Assembly (NCBI GenBank): GCA_964199315.1
Contig: OZ116702.1
Coordinates: 21,328,001-21,392,000 of the forward strand
Direction: 5' to 3'
DNA from: Orbicella franksi
Lineage: Eukaryota
DNA length: 64,000 nt
The position numbers were made by a program, and so were the translations under genes. Shown here piece after piece: positions 1 to 14,500 of the stretch. Positions within the stretch are counted from its first letter, which is position 1. Each line of letters starts with the position of its first letter. The notes under the pieces are model-generated. The model did no database searches, was not told the origin of the DNA, and worked only from the letters and a program-made list of their open reading frames with translations.

Positions 1-1725
1 GTGTTGAAAGAGCTTCCAGTCCACTTGGACGAGGTGCAAGTAAGTTTCGTGACTTGTGTTTTGACTGTAGGTGACTTAATTGCCGATTGTATTGATTTGT
101 GGAGTTCTATATCATGTGTTGGAGACAACAATACCAGCACGATGCCGCTCTGTGGCTCAATGGGTATTTTTATAAGATATTGCCCATCGTTATAGATACG
201 TACAGTTTCACGTTAAAATAACAGAATTCCTGACAGAAGAAGGACTATTTAATTTATTGGCAGCCTACGTTTGGAGGCAAATTATGATCAAATACGTAGT
301 CAAATTCCTATCTAATGAAGTCACGTCATTTCTGTTCATCAAATAGCTAGTATAATTTTTCACAAGTAACATGGGGCAGCGTTACTTCATGCACACTTCT
401 CTCAGATGTTGCGAGATTAGCTTCAGACCAGGCGGGAAATAAGTTCTAAAAATAAATTTATCGCCTAGCAGGTGTTCGAACAATGCTTATTGTAACGTGT
501 TTACGAAAACATTGTCACACTTAACAAAAAGATAACGTTGTCAGGAAGGGTTTCAAGAATAGCAAGTTCAACAAGAGATATAATGGTGAAAGCCTCGAGT
601 CTTTTTTTTTTTAAAGAAAAACTTGGGCAGGACGTGTGAGAACCTCGCAGGGTTTCTTGTGAAGAAAAGCGGTTGCAAATTACTCATCGCTGATTTTTTG
701 AACGGGATCGGAGAAAAGTCGTACGCATGTAAAACTGAAAGCGAGCAATATCATAACGCAAATAAATATAACCTTATCTTGCTGTTTGGCGCGTTTATAC
801 TTCGTCGTTTTTTATGGTCCTATTACAGAGTATGCTAAAAAAAATTGTCTAACCTTAGCTACAAACTAATCAGGGGTACTATACTGCACGACCTGTCGTT
901 AATGCAAACTAAATTGACTTTGCCACTGAACAAAATATCAATCTAGCATGTGTTTCTTTATCAACAGTCTCCCCATCAAGGACTGATGACTCACCTCCTT
1001 CATCGATAAAGTCTTCTACAGACGACGTCACATCCGGTCTTGCCAGGCTTGCTGTCCCAGACCAACCAAGGCGACGTTCCGCAACGGAGGTCGCAAAAAT
1101 CTCCGAGTACGTCAGCGAAAGACAGAAACGTAATTCTCTTCGGAGCGAAGGCTTACGAAAATCAGAGAATACCGAAGTCAGGCCCCGATCGCAGTCGGAC
1201 CTCATTACGACCACACCTTCGGAAGGAGGCAACAAGGAAACAAGGAGTTACACGTTGCCCATTAATTTCTATGCCTCGGAATTTGAAAGAAGCCGACCAT
1301 CGTCCGACAGATCGTCGGACACCTCACTGCCGTTTTCCGATTCCTGCTCGGAAAGCTCCGGTGATTCCGATCACTTGACCGTGGGTAATCCCCGCAGCCC
1401 AAATTACAGAGGTATCTCTAAGAGATGGTCATACGACGAGAATCAAAACGAACGATTAAGAATAGCTGAAGAGCGACTTCTAAATGGACTCATGGGTAGC
1501 GAAGAGGCTGCAAAGCGAAAGAAAATCACTAAAAACCCTCTAGAAAATGTCATCCACTGGGTCATAGAGCCGCCTAAACAGGATCAACCTGCAACAACGC
1601 ACCCAGGTGGAGTACAAAAAGAGAGCCAGCTTCCAAGAAGGCCAGATCCACCAAAACGAGGCGACAGTAGTAAACGAATCAATGTACAGAAAATACAAGA
1701 GTACAGAGAAGTAACCAATCTTTGA
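1..1725 (+). CDS. 3' end of an unidentified gene: exon tail <1-39 spliced to terminal exon 968-1725; Ser-rich low-complexity C-terminal region ending EVTNL*
   Basis: Donor CAA|GTAAGT at 39/40 and acceptor tttatcaacag|TC at 967/968 are phase-compatible. The joined frame is open: VERASSPLGRGA-I-SPSRTDDSPP...RPRSQSDL...TLPINFYASEF...REVTNL*. It includes the 1255-1725 ORF. Confidence 0.7.
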
Positions 1726-3164
1726 TGCGTGCACACGTGAGCAGATGATAAGATTAAACGTTGATAGTCTCCCGAGAGGCTAATGACTTTGAAAACGACT
1801 GACTGAAGTTTGATATTATATTAATATTATATGGAAGCGCTCTGTGGACCGCTGTTGATCGGTGGTCTGTAGGCAGGACTTGATGGGCGCGTCAGAAGAC
1901 ACTTTGACTTATTGAACATGATTTGAGAGCTGATTCTGCATTTTAAGTCTGTTTTATTGTTCAAAGGTTATTCTACGAAATGTGATTTTACTTGAACTTG
2001 ATTCTCTTATGCACAGTTGAATCATCCATTTTAACTCTCGATATCTGCGTTAAAAATAACAATTAAGACCGCTGATGTAAGTAACTTTCTAAAGTTTCAA
2101 GTCGAATCAGTAAAGGTGTACCGCGTATGTAAGCTACAGTAAAAAAAAAAAGATGACAAGAGTAAAGTCTGTAGATAAGTATTTTGTAGCAGACCAAAGC
2201 TTCAACTTTTTTACTGGATCATTGAACTACTCTTTGAAGAACGACAGACCAAACAAGGCTGAGTTATTTAACGGTTCTGTTTAGTCTCCGTAACGATGTG
2301 CCCCACAAGTGCATTGAGCTTCGTTGTATCTTTATCTTATAGTAACCGCTTTTGCCCTCTACTTTTGCTTGTAAAATTAATGGGTAAAATAACAAAGAGT
2401 TTAATAGTATTAAACACTCGGCATTGTCAGAAACGAAAACGTGACAGACTGACAAATTCAGTACTTTTAAAGCTGATATGCATAGCTTTAGTAAGAGAAC
2501 TGATAAATAATTAACATAGTAGGATCCGAATTGATCAACAATGCTTGTACATTATAAAATGGATGATTTCAATAACGTAATCGTGTAAAAAAAAAAGAAT
2601 GAAAGTTGACTCAGTAACATAACTTCCTTGAAAAGTATACATTTATCAAATAAAAATCAAGTTCATTGGTGATTTGTTTTCATCGTTAATGTAATTTTCT
2701 CTTGTTTGCTTTAAGCCCTGACTTTATAGGTGATGTTGCTGAAACTTTTATCCTTTGGATTAGTTTTTTTCCATAACAATCTGAGCTTACCTTAAAGGTT
2801 ATCGCTGAATCTGAAGAAACTCTTTTTAAACCATTCAGACCTGAATTCAAAACAACTGACCAATGCAAGACCTGTTTACCGCAAGTAAACTCGTCAAACT
2901 AAGGAAAGAATCAGAACTGTGGACCCCCTACATAGTTAAAGTAATTCCCTAGGAAGCACCTCGTGTTGAGACTAACATTTACACGCAAACTTAGCTCTTT
3001 TTGTCCACTCCTTTCAAAAAATGTGCATGCGAATTTTAAAAATCGTCCCAAAATTCTCAAATTTCCATGGGGCTTTTCACTTTAACCCTATGAAGCCAAT
3101 TTTTGATGGCGTAAAAACTCAGGGATGGGAAAATAGTACTACCACGTTGCATTCAGGTGTACCC

Positions 3165-3207
3165 CCTTCTCCCCCCTTCTCCCCCCTTCCCCCCCCCCCC
3201 ACCCACC

Positions 3208-3240
<33 letters not shown>
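3165..3240. repeat. C-rich tract grading into (CCCA)n and (CA)n microsatellite
   Basis: ccccttctccccccttctcc...cacccacccacccacacacacacacacacacacac seen directly. Confidence 0.9.
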
Positions 3241-3241
<1 letters not shown>

Positions 3242-5541
3242 AATTCAAAACCACTCAATTAGATTTTAGTACACCCTTCTTCGTCGGATTACTGTCAAAT
3301 TTACTTTACTGGTCACTGAAGTTTGCCATGATCACAATATGATAGACTAAATGACCTTGTAGAAATTTCTTCATTTACCGAAACTAAATAATAGCAACGT
3401 TTTGCAGGTTAAATTTCTCAACAGACATGCAAAGCATCGTAGCTAGAGTTGAAAGTTGGCTTTGAAGTTTGCCTCGATTTTCAGAAAAATGACCTTGTTA
3501 AAGGTAATAGTACCCTGTTATCGTTGCTATGTTATTTCTATCGCATAGAAGTGAAAAGAATATAGAAGAAAAGGTCATAAAGTGCCAGTGCCCAACATGA
3601 TGTGAAGTTTGCACTTCGTCACGATTAAAGAAAAAAGCCCCCTTTAGACCAACCGGACTTGTTCAATGATGAAGCATCCGTCAATATGAAAGAAAGTTAC
3701 ATCAACAAGACACAGCGACCCCGGCATATTAACGTAAATAATAGATCTTGCAGAGAAAACTTTTAGAATATTACATCTTTAAATATTTATAATAAACACC
3801 AAAAGTTAGCTTTTAAAACAATCGTTACGAGCCATGGGAATACCAGTTCAGTCATGCCCTTTCGATTTACGGCTGTCTCCATGGAAACTTGGGAAAGTTT
3901 ACCTCTCATCCTAACCGTACGTGGACACACACGACATAATTTAAAAAAAGTTTTCACCAGGTAATAACAGCGCTACAATGGGCAAAACTGATTTTATTTC
4001 CGTGTCAATGGTTTGAAATAGAGAAGTGAAATATTACATTTACAGTACAACACAGTTTAAGTTCAAGTTCCAAAGCTGTTTACGTTGTTTCAATGGAAAT
4101 AGTCTTTATCCGCGTAGTCACGCAGTTGTCACGCAACTTTACTCTCCTCTAGTAGAAACGTCCCATGACGACCAAATGACGGCTGGTGAGAATTTTCCAT
4201 TTACAACACATTTATAGAAATTTCGGTTGAATTGTAAATGGAAACGGAACAACGCCAAATGAATGTCAGTGGTGGAGGCTAACTGGCATCCCGACTTCTA
4301 ATTTCTTTTTCGCGGGGGAGACTGTTCCTCAACCTTGCAGGTTGAATGTCAACAAATCAGACTCCACTGCCCAAAAGTGTTAAAATATCGACTATACTTT
4401 AAAAACGATTACAAATAATAGCTTCATATTAAATGTTCTTACAATTTTAGACGAAAAAAATACTTGCAACAGCGTTAGCCATTTCAATGCATACCATGTA
4501 TTCACATATTGTTTTTGTAAAAGTTGTCTTGATGAAACGCTGTTTTAGTTTTGTTAAATATTAACAAGGACATGTAACATGTTCCTCGTACATTATCTGT
4601 TCAGCGAAACTAACAGTGTTGCAATAAGGAAGGTTAAGTTAAGGATCCGATGAACCTCTGAGATGGCTCATTGGTGCTGGTACTTGCCCTAGTGTCTATA
4701 GCATGAACAGACCATATTCGCATTCTCGGTATTGGACTGGAACTAGCTTGCAACTGACGTTAATGCGGGGAGTCTTTTCAAATGCAAATAACATTTCTCT
4801 CTTTTTAATGATACTCCCCGGCATCAGCCAGCAAGCTAGTTCCAGTCCAACACTGAGAATATGAATATTGTTTACTGAGGTAACCAGCAGTATTGCTAAC
4901 ATCCCCCGCCCCTCGGATGAGATGTTAGTCCATCGCAGGTTACCTCCTCCTATTTTGTTAGGCTTTCCCAACTGCTCAGTTACTGAACACGTCATTTGTT
5001 GTCAGAGGAAGGAAACAGAACACAACATTCGTTGCAACAACGAACCACTAACTCCACAAAGCAAAGAGTCTGGGGACAAAGAGATTCAAAGTACTACACC
5101 TAACCTAGAAGCAATATTACAATATGTAATGTGTCACATTATTCTCACCTTTTGAGTGGTTCTTACTTATGATCAATTGGAGGACAGACGCATGGATGAC
5201 GTCATTAACATTTTTGGCTTGTTTGTTTCTTTATCATATAAAACAAACAGATCCCATGTTGCCGTGTGTCTGTTCAAAAATTGACTGTCGATCACTGGAT
5301 AAGCAAGCTATTTACCTTGCGACCGGTAAACATCCCTCGCCGACCAACGCCATCGAGCTAATTTCTAAAATTTCAATGTGACAAACTGAATTGCAACAGT
5401 AAAAAAAAAATGTGTGATGCTATTATTAAATAATACGACAAAATATGAGGATCCTCATATACGATTCGCTCAAATGCGAAAGATACGTCACGAGTATAAT
5501 TTGTAAATCACACCAATGGATGTTTAATAAGCACGAGTGTC

Positions 5542-8500
5542 CTAAACGTTCATATTTTGTCCACTGAAGTGTCTTTGTATAAGCATATTCAGCATTCTGT
5601 TTGGAGTCAGAGTGGTATTCTTCAGAGGAGCATTTGTCATTGGACTTGTTGAACGTCCAGATGTCAGCCACTCGTCTATGGAGGCACGTTCGTATGTGTA
5701 ACCATCTTACAAGACAAAAAATGGAATTAAAAAAATTAAACCAGCCGACTTATTGACTGTCTTCACTGACTGACTGACCAACTATAATGGGCGGAAAGAA
5801 GGACAGAGAGATGGATGGACAGACAGACAGACATACGAACAGACGGACTGACTTTCTGAGCTGAGTAAGGTCAACTGACCCTACTGATAGGCTGTTCAAC
5901 GATCTTATTGGCCAGTTCACCAAGTGACTGACTGACCGACTAATGGGCGGCGAGACAGATGGGCAGATGGATGGACATACAGACTGGCTAACTGACTTGA
6001 CTAAGATCGACTGACCCAGCTGATAGCCTGATCGACGACCATCTGATTGGCCAGTTAACCAAGTGACTGACAGACCAAAACAGTGACTGCTGATGGACTA
6101 AGACAATGCTGCACTGAAAGACTGACGTACGGATTGACTGACGGCCACTTGACAGATTGATAGACTCCATGACTGACATGACTGATTAATCAACCAACCA
6201 ACCACACTGACAACTGACTGACTGATTGACTTCACTAACTATTTAAGAGCATAACAATCATACAAGCTCGTTAAGAATCAAAAACAAGACACACTGTCCA
6301 ACAACCATTTGAAAAATAAAAACTCGCTAAAAAGAATCATAAGTGATTTAACTTTAAAATGTGATTAAAACTTTTCAACTTAAATACGAGACACATGAAA
6401 AAAGAATATACTGCAATAACCCAATTTGCAAATCCTACAAAATGTGCCAACCTGCTGCAATGACTGGGTCAGACATGATGTCTCGTGTTATAGGACACAG
6501 GAATTCATCTGGAATGTCCTCCTCTAGCTCCTCTTTCTTGATATCTTTTATTGTTCGCAAGATCTTATTGCGGTGACCAGCTGGACCTGAAGTTGTGAAC
6601 ATGTCAAAACAATCATAATAAACCTGTGTTTGAATGTCATAATCAGTGGTCACTTCAATTTAGGACTCTTATCTGTCATCGCTTAGGGGTTCAGTATTTT
6701 TCTGACAATAATTTTTGGAATTTGATATCTGGCCCCTTAATAGGAGGTGGCTGCTTAATAGGGGTTAGACTGTAGCTCTGAAATATCAACCTGGCATAAT
6801 AATCACATCCTATCCTCAGGAATGACTAAGAAGGTGGAACTGGATAAACCATGCCCCTTGAGAGAGCCTGCAAGCAACATCACCACAGAAGCCTAGCACT
6901 GGAAACCAACAGGAACACGCAAGAGCGGGCGGCCCAGGCTGTCATGGCAACCGTCAGCCAAAAAAGAATTGAGAGAAAGACTGAGCCTCACCTGGGGTGA
7001 GGCTGCAAAGACCGCATGGGGACCTTATGCGCCACATGGTGCAGAGAGGCCAAAGTAAGTAGGTAAGTACCCTTAGGAACTGTCAGTGCATGTACGTGTG
7101 AATTCGTTAAGTAGCTGTTTCAGTAATCAGCATATAATTTCTCAACAAAATGTCAACACAAAGTAACCGGGCAGGTTGTGAGAAAAACGCGACTGAAACT
7201 GTTGAAGAACTTTAAAAAGTTCTCCCTAAACAATATTACTTTCAATATATATAAACTACTGAAGACAAATCAAAATGAACTCAAATGACCATCCAGCTTG
7301 TTCCTCACCTATCCCAAGGTCTGATGCTAGTACTTCGCCAGTCATGTTGGACAGTTCCACACCATCAATGGCATTTTCACGGAATGATTCACAGTACAAT
7401 TCAAGGTCCAGTGACATTAGCCAGCTGCAAACCTCCTCAACACTCCAAGTCACAAGTTTCTTTCTCTGTTTCTTTGGTTCCTTATAAGAAAAATGGACGC
7501 TTTTTTAAAAGAAAAGGAAGACAAAGACACATGCATGCAAGGTAACTTGTCAGCGTACCTCAGTCTTTGCTTTAAAGAACAAATCAAACAGGATGTCAAG
7601 TGAACATAGTCAAACTAAAGTGAAACAAAAACATAAATATTGAACATGCAAAACAATTTTTGCAACTGCGCAGTCGAACATGTCAATTTCTAACAAGTGA
7701 AGACATTACAGTTTACTACATTTTGTTTCTTGACACAGTGAGAAGTACAAACAACATGGTATTAATTAATTGATTTCAACTTGACTGTACTGCTGTTTGT
7801 ACATGGTCTAAATGTATGCCACTGAAGAAACTCTGAGTTTTTCTAAGTTACTGATGACAGTTAATAACATTATCACTTTAATAAGGCAAAGGATCCTGAT
7901 TGATTAGTTTGAATAATTTTAGGAAACTTCTTCATACTGAGACCATAACAATAGTTACCATACTCCATTGATCGCATCAATATTTCTTTTTTTTTTTTAA
8001 CACAGTCAGTGTCCCTTAAATTACCTGAGGTTCTTGTTTTTGCAGTGGTGGTACCTGTACGGTCTCCCTTGCACCACAATATCTGCCTGATTGGTCCAGT
8101 TCACCTTTAAAAAAACATTTATCATAATTTAAAAACTTCATCAACCTTTTTTTTAAGTCAGGCACAAAATAATCATTAAACCACTGTCCCTCCCTTACAG
8201 AGTCAAAATGGTCAATAGAACCTTGAAACAATGGCAACGTAAATTTAACAAAGGTCCTGGTACAGTTTTACACCCAGATTCCCTGTCTTGCATCAGTATT
8301 CCATGTAGCATTTCAACATTAACACATCAGTATCAGTCTGTAAGTAAAATGTAACTGATCAGCAAATAACCAGAAAGTGGAACACAGGTTTGAATGCTGT
8401 AAGGACTCATATTCTGGTGATTATACTGATTGTTTCCTTGAATTCCAATAAAACCTTTCTAAATGGGTGCTGTATTGCACAAACATTTCTTCCAAACAAT

Positions 8501-11500
8501 TTAAAACACTTCACGTCATTTAAAGCTATTCATACTTCTTACAACAAAGCTAAAACTAACCACTTGAAGTAAGACAAACTTTCCATAGCTTCACTGTTCT
8601 GTCGTTGGATCCTGTAGCTAGCCAGTTACCATCCAAAGAAAAAGTACAGCAAGTAATATACCTGGAAGAGTAATTAAATCAACATTTTAATATAAATATC
8701 ACCTCTGACATATATAGCAGAATGTCATGACATTTTTATAAGAAACTTTATGACATGTAAAGTTCTGAAAGTAATGACTCCCTGCAACAGATCCTCCATA
8801 AGTAGCAATACACTGACTGGTTGTCAGCATATATCCTCAAAAAGTGAACCCTCAAAACTAGGGGCCTCAAATCCAAGTTACCTTATTATGAGAAACAAAG
8901 GAAATAACAGATAACTTAAGTTGTAACATAACAACCCTTATTCCAATGTCAGTATGTTACTATGTTTTTGATAAAATGTGACATTTTTCCAACAAGATTT
9001 ATCATTTCTGCTAGATACGTAAAACACCTTATTTTGAATAAGATGAGCTGAACAACAAAGGTTATGCATTTAGCTTAACCAAAGTGGCAACCCCACAAGA
9101 CTTGCAGCCCTCCAAAAGAAGCAATTATACAAAAAATGCTGATAAATCCAAAAGTACAGAAACCAGTGAGAGGTGTTACTTCAGAACTTCAAAGTGAACC
9201 TCAAGCAGCCCAAAGGGCCACTAAGCAGAACACCAACTTATCATAATCAGACGCTCCGCTTTTAGGCTTGGCTAAATCTATATATTAGGTGTAATTATCA
9301 GGTTCAGTGAAAACTGAAATGTATTTCAAAGTCCTAGCATGTTTATTTTCCATTCAAGAAATTTAACAGCAAATAACTTAATGGAAAATAAAATATGACT
9401 AGAATTTTTTCAATGATCCTTCAACAAAAAAACTAATAGTAAATTATTTCAAATACCTAGTGTGTCCATCCAGTGTTAGTAATGATACTCCCATTACCTG
9501 TGAAAGAGAGTTTTACGCAATTACTCTAAACTCAATTAGTCACCTCATTCTGCAGGTAGCTAGAACATAGATAGATTCCAGGGCTGTTGATAAGGGCTGT
9601 AACCCACAACACTTGTTGCAGCTGACTATGTTTGATGGACCCTTGATGTTACTGGTGAACTGGCCCGTAGTTGATACAATTCACCCATAAAGTAGCAAGC
9701 TTGCTACGGATGTGAAGATCAAGGCTACAAGTGAATTAAAACTTAATGACAGCCCTGTTAGATCTTTTGCATGTTACACCTTTTGCCACAAAGGTCAAGC
9801 AATCAATCATCATATCTATCTCAACAGAACCATGGTTTGTAAAAACCTAAAGTAGTCTGAAAATAACTTTCCATTAGGTGCTGTCAGTAATGCTGGCTTT
9901 GAGCACAAGATCCACAAACCAGAAAAGAAAACTGCTCTACAGCCCCTGACTTGCCAGGCTTTTGAGCAACTGGGTTGCCTAACAATTATTGCCTAAGGCA
10001 GTTATCTACATGTACACATTTTCCACAATATACCTTACACAGGTTTCATGAAGCTAGATAATGCAAGTTTAGCAGGGTATCTACCATTCTGTATACTTAC
10101 TGGATCCCAGAGGATAACTAACTTGTCTGAAGATCTGAAACATAAAGATATTCAAAGTGGCACTGATTTATATATATTACATTTTTGAGAAAGATAGAAA
10201 CACATGGATGACAGGTTGTTTCTTAGGAATTAAACAGAATGAACTAGTCTGTGTAAGTGAACTGACCAACATCGCGTGCAATACAAGCATCTCTCACCCA
10301 TTAACAGGAAGAGAAAAAAAACAAACATTATCATACATTATACAATGTATGGTGCAAGCTCAAACAAAGAGAGCAATCATTGCTTTCCTGTCAGAATTAA
10401 TACAGGAATCTCAAGATTTTAAGTGCAATTTGGAATAAATAAGCATAAGTAAATTTTTTGAATTATAACAGGTTAATTCAATTTAATTTTTATTTCAAAC
10501 ACAACACTAGTCATGTGATTACTTAATAATACCCTTGAAAAATGGACAAATTGCAACCTTTGGCTATGGAATACTTTTGCAGCATGCAGTGCCCATCTTT
10601 GGAAACTTCTGAAAAAATGTTAGGGGTGGTGCATGGTCCTTCAAAAACTCTGGGTCTTGCAAAATTTTAGTCAAATTTCGTGGGTCTCACAGTCTCGTTT
10701 TTTTAGTGGTTACGTGTATCTCGCAGTCTCGATTTTTATACGAGGCTACACTTTTTGCACTGGAGCACTTTTTCCACTGGTGTTACACTAGAACTGCACT
10801 GCTCTTAACCAACCACAAGAAATAAATGCTTAAAGTGCATCATCAACGAGATAACAAGCCTGGTAATTGCTATAGAAGACTGAAGGCTCTAGTGGAATAT
10901 TGCTATAAACTGTACATACATTCTGAGTTCCCGACAAGAATCTAACCCATGACCTCCCGAACACCGGGCGGGCGCTCTATCCACTGAGCTACGAGAACTC
11001 ATGGAGAGCAAGGTCATTTAACTGAGTTCATATATGACAGGTGACCTGCATACTGCTAGGATCAACGCTATCGAAGTCATTGTGAGTAGTGATAAGTTAA
11101 TAAAGATGGTAAATTTTAAGCTCAGTAATGAAATGTGAAGGTGAATTAATCAACATGACACGAGCGTGGGACAAAGAAAAATTCTCAGTCCCCGACAGGA
11201 ATCGAATCCATGACCTCCCTTGCTCTCCATGAGTTTTCGTAGCTCAGTGGATAGAGCGCCCACCCAGTGTTCGGGAGGTCATGGGTTCGATTCCTGTCGG
11301 GAACTCAGAATTTTTCTTTGTCCCACACTTGTGTCATGTTGATTAATTCACCTTCACATTTCATTACCGAGCTTAAAATTCACCATCTTTATTAACTTAT
11401 CAAACATAGTTTAGCACCCAAGTTGTTGCCACCATGTTATAAAGCTAGAGTTGCTCGAGGCGGTAGTGCTTCTTTCATGCTCTCCAAACTTCCTGCGTGC

Positions 11501-14500
11501 AACCATAACTTGATATAGATGAACGCATGCTAAGCATGAACCAATTCTTTAAGAGGATATTACATGGCCACGCTGAGATAAGAAATTTCTGTCTTCAAGT
11601 GTTGAAAAATATTTCCCTTGTGAGCAGAGCAAACAAGTGAAATATTTTTCAACACGAGAAGACAAATTTTGTATCTCTAAGTAGCCATGTAATGTTCTAT
11701 TTATTATATAAACACCAAAGAAATGACAAACATTTCACTTTTGCTAGAAAAGGTGCCAACTATTTTGTAACCTAGCAAAAGCTTAACAAATTGATGTCAG
11801 TTTTTTATGTGTCTGTCCTCTTATTGATGATAAATTGCATCATAACACGGTCAAAGTGGCTGTGGAACCAAGAGCCACAGGCAAGTGGTTCCACAATAAC
11901 AAGACCCTAAAATGGTCAAATGCCAGGAATAAATGAGGGGAAAAGACGCCATAACTTGCTGTAAACAAAGATAAGTGAATTTTATTCAAAATGACGTGAA
12001 CATTGTCAATAGCTTTTCTCGCTTTTTGATTGGCTACTTAACAAAGTCAATAAAATCTCATTGGTTAAAAAGTTTACAGTTTGACAGCTGAAAGTTAAAC
12101 TTAAAAGCTTGCATAAATTAAAATTTTACCTGTCTGTACTCTTATTGATGATAAAAATGAGCTAATCAGCACACAAGAAATTAGACAGCTATTGTAAAAG
12201 ATCTCTCCACTTGTGAAAATAACATGTTATTTCCACACAAGGAGATATCATGTTTTTGCGTGAACGCTCACCTGGTATTTCATTGGTGTTTATATAATAA
12301 ATGTGGATATCTTCCTGGCTGAAATAGTATATTTTTTAATGGTCCTTTCCCATTAGAAAGACAGCCTTGAAAGTGTACATACCCTGACGCCAGTATTTTG
12401 CCATTAGGAGACATGGCCACTCCATGAACCGGCCCTTGATGACCACTTAATGAACAACGTTTCCGTATATGGCACTCTTCTGAAAATGCTGAAATTAAGA
12501 CATAGGAATTAATAAAACCAATAGAAAATACCAGCAAAATGAAAGAAGTAAGATGACAAGAACTACAAAACAAAACAAATTATACATGACATTGCTTTGA
12601 TGTACCATTAATCTTTCCTTGGTGTCAATATCATGGCAGAATCAAAGCAGGACATGTATGGTATTAATACCTGACGCAGTGAAGATATCCCAAAGCTTCA
12701 CAAGGTTGTCATTTCCACCAGTAGCTAGCATGAAATGTGGGGCACTACCACTTGTGTCTTGAAAAGCAGGGTCTGTCAAAAAGAAAATTGAATAAGTATA
12801 ACATGTATCATTCTCTATTATTGACTGAATAACAAAAATGACTGAACAACCACTACTCTGATCTATGACTGGGGATTATGTCACAACAAGCCCCTTCTAC
12901 TGTACAACCACTTAATGAAAAGTGATATCTTTGCTTCGAGGGTGAATAAAGTTTATGATGATGATGATGATGATGATGATGATGCAATCGTATCAGCTGA
13001 TATGTAGCCAAAAATGACATACAGCTGTAGGCTAAGTTTGAATGATCACACAATATCTGGATTATGTGTACTAAAGTAATCCACGGTTGAGTGTCAATCA
13101 ATACTCTCGATAGATACCCTTGATTGACATCTCGATCAGTACTCGATTGAGACTCAGTTGACACTCAGTGAACAGTCGGTTGAGTGTCGACCGACTCGAG
13201 TGCATCGATCAAAATTAGTTGATTGTTGACCAACTGTTGACTGAGATGTTGATGGAGTGTCGACTGAGTCAACCAAGGTGTCAATGGAGTATTGACTGAG
13301 TGTCAATCAAGGGTATCGATCAACACTCAGCCCTTTTGTGCTCTGTAGACATGATCCCAGTGTTCAACAAGATTGAAAAGGATAAGTGATTATTAAAAAC
13401 AAATTGTTGACAATCAAATCAACTGTGTCTGTTCAGTGCTTTGGAAAATAACAAGTAAATCGTCTTGAGTGCACTTCTGTATTCTACAATAACATATATC
13501 ACAGTATGGATGACAGATAACAAGGACTTCCTGACCAGGATAAAAATGTATGGGCACCATCACAATTTTGAGAATAAAGCCTGTAAGTATGTGTGTGGGG
13601 AAGATCAGAGAGAATACCAGTTAAGATCATAATAATATTGGTAAAATTGCCAATTTTGGAATGGCTAGCATTTATTAAGTGACAGATGTGGGCATGCAAG
13701 TTTGAAAATTCATGAAGAGTTGCATAGAAAAAAGTTGTATACTTTGTATGGGAAGGTTTACCATCCAGCAACAAAGAAAGAAAGTTTCATGAAACTTTTT
13801 TCAAACTTTCAAACCAACATAAAATCTTACACTGAATCATTTCTGGTCTCAAATTGAAAAGCTTGCTAATCACACAAACTTTCCATTTTTTGCAACCATT
13901 CTGAGCTGTACCATATATACCTGTTTGATTGATAAGGTCATGTGATAAGTTCTACAAAGGACCTCTTTAAGAAAAGTTAGAAAAATAAATTCTGCAAGAC
14001 CTACTGTATGCTACTGAGTTAAGAACTGCATCCTTCAATAACATTCACAGTTATAATTAGGTATCTCAGAAAAATTCAACTTGCTTCAAATAACAACTTC
14101 CTCTGTTTAATGAAAACAGTTTAAATACATGCACTATAGCAATATACATGTATTAAGCTTACAGTCTGTGTCAAGGCCAAGACGACGCAATGTAACTTGA
14201 GTCATAAATGGAGATTCCATATTCAGTACTGTAAGAAGAATTAAAAGAAACTTTATTTGTATCATGTTAGTTAAAATGAAGAGAAGAAAGAATTAGTTTA
14301 ATGTGAAATCTTTAATGTAATTATTACAAGCTATTTGAGACACATCTTGCATTATTAAAATATTTCTTAGTAATAGTACAATGCCACATAAATATTTGTC
14401 CATTAAAAAAACAAAAAAAAAGACTAACCAAGTTTAATCTTTACTGCATATTTTAAAATATTTAGAAGTGCTTTTTAACAAGAGTTAACATCCAGGTAAA

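Noticed and set aside
909-1378. Overlapping ORFs 909-1235 (-) and 1040-1378 (+)
   Set aside because: They are shadow frames of the real terminal exon 968-1725.
3157-3342. Pro/His-Thr-rich ORFs
   Set aside because: These are translations of the C-rich and (CA)n microsatellite.
8016-8237. 73-aa ORF as a whole WDSUB1 exon
   Set aside because: Only 8104-8025 has a good acceptor and a phase matching the flanking exons; the upstream part is intron.
11239-11310. Functional tRNA gene
   Set aside because: A and B boxes are present, but the acceptor and anticodon stems do not pair convincingly, and the sequence is embedded in a repeated SINE-like unit.
12853-13164. Poly-His ORF
   Set aside because: It arises from a (CAT)n microsatellite plus a repeat inside WDSUB1 intron 1.
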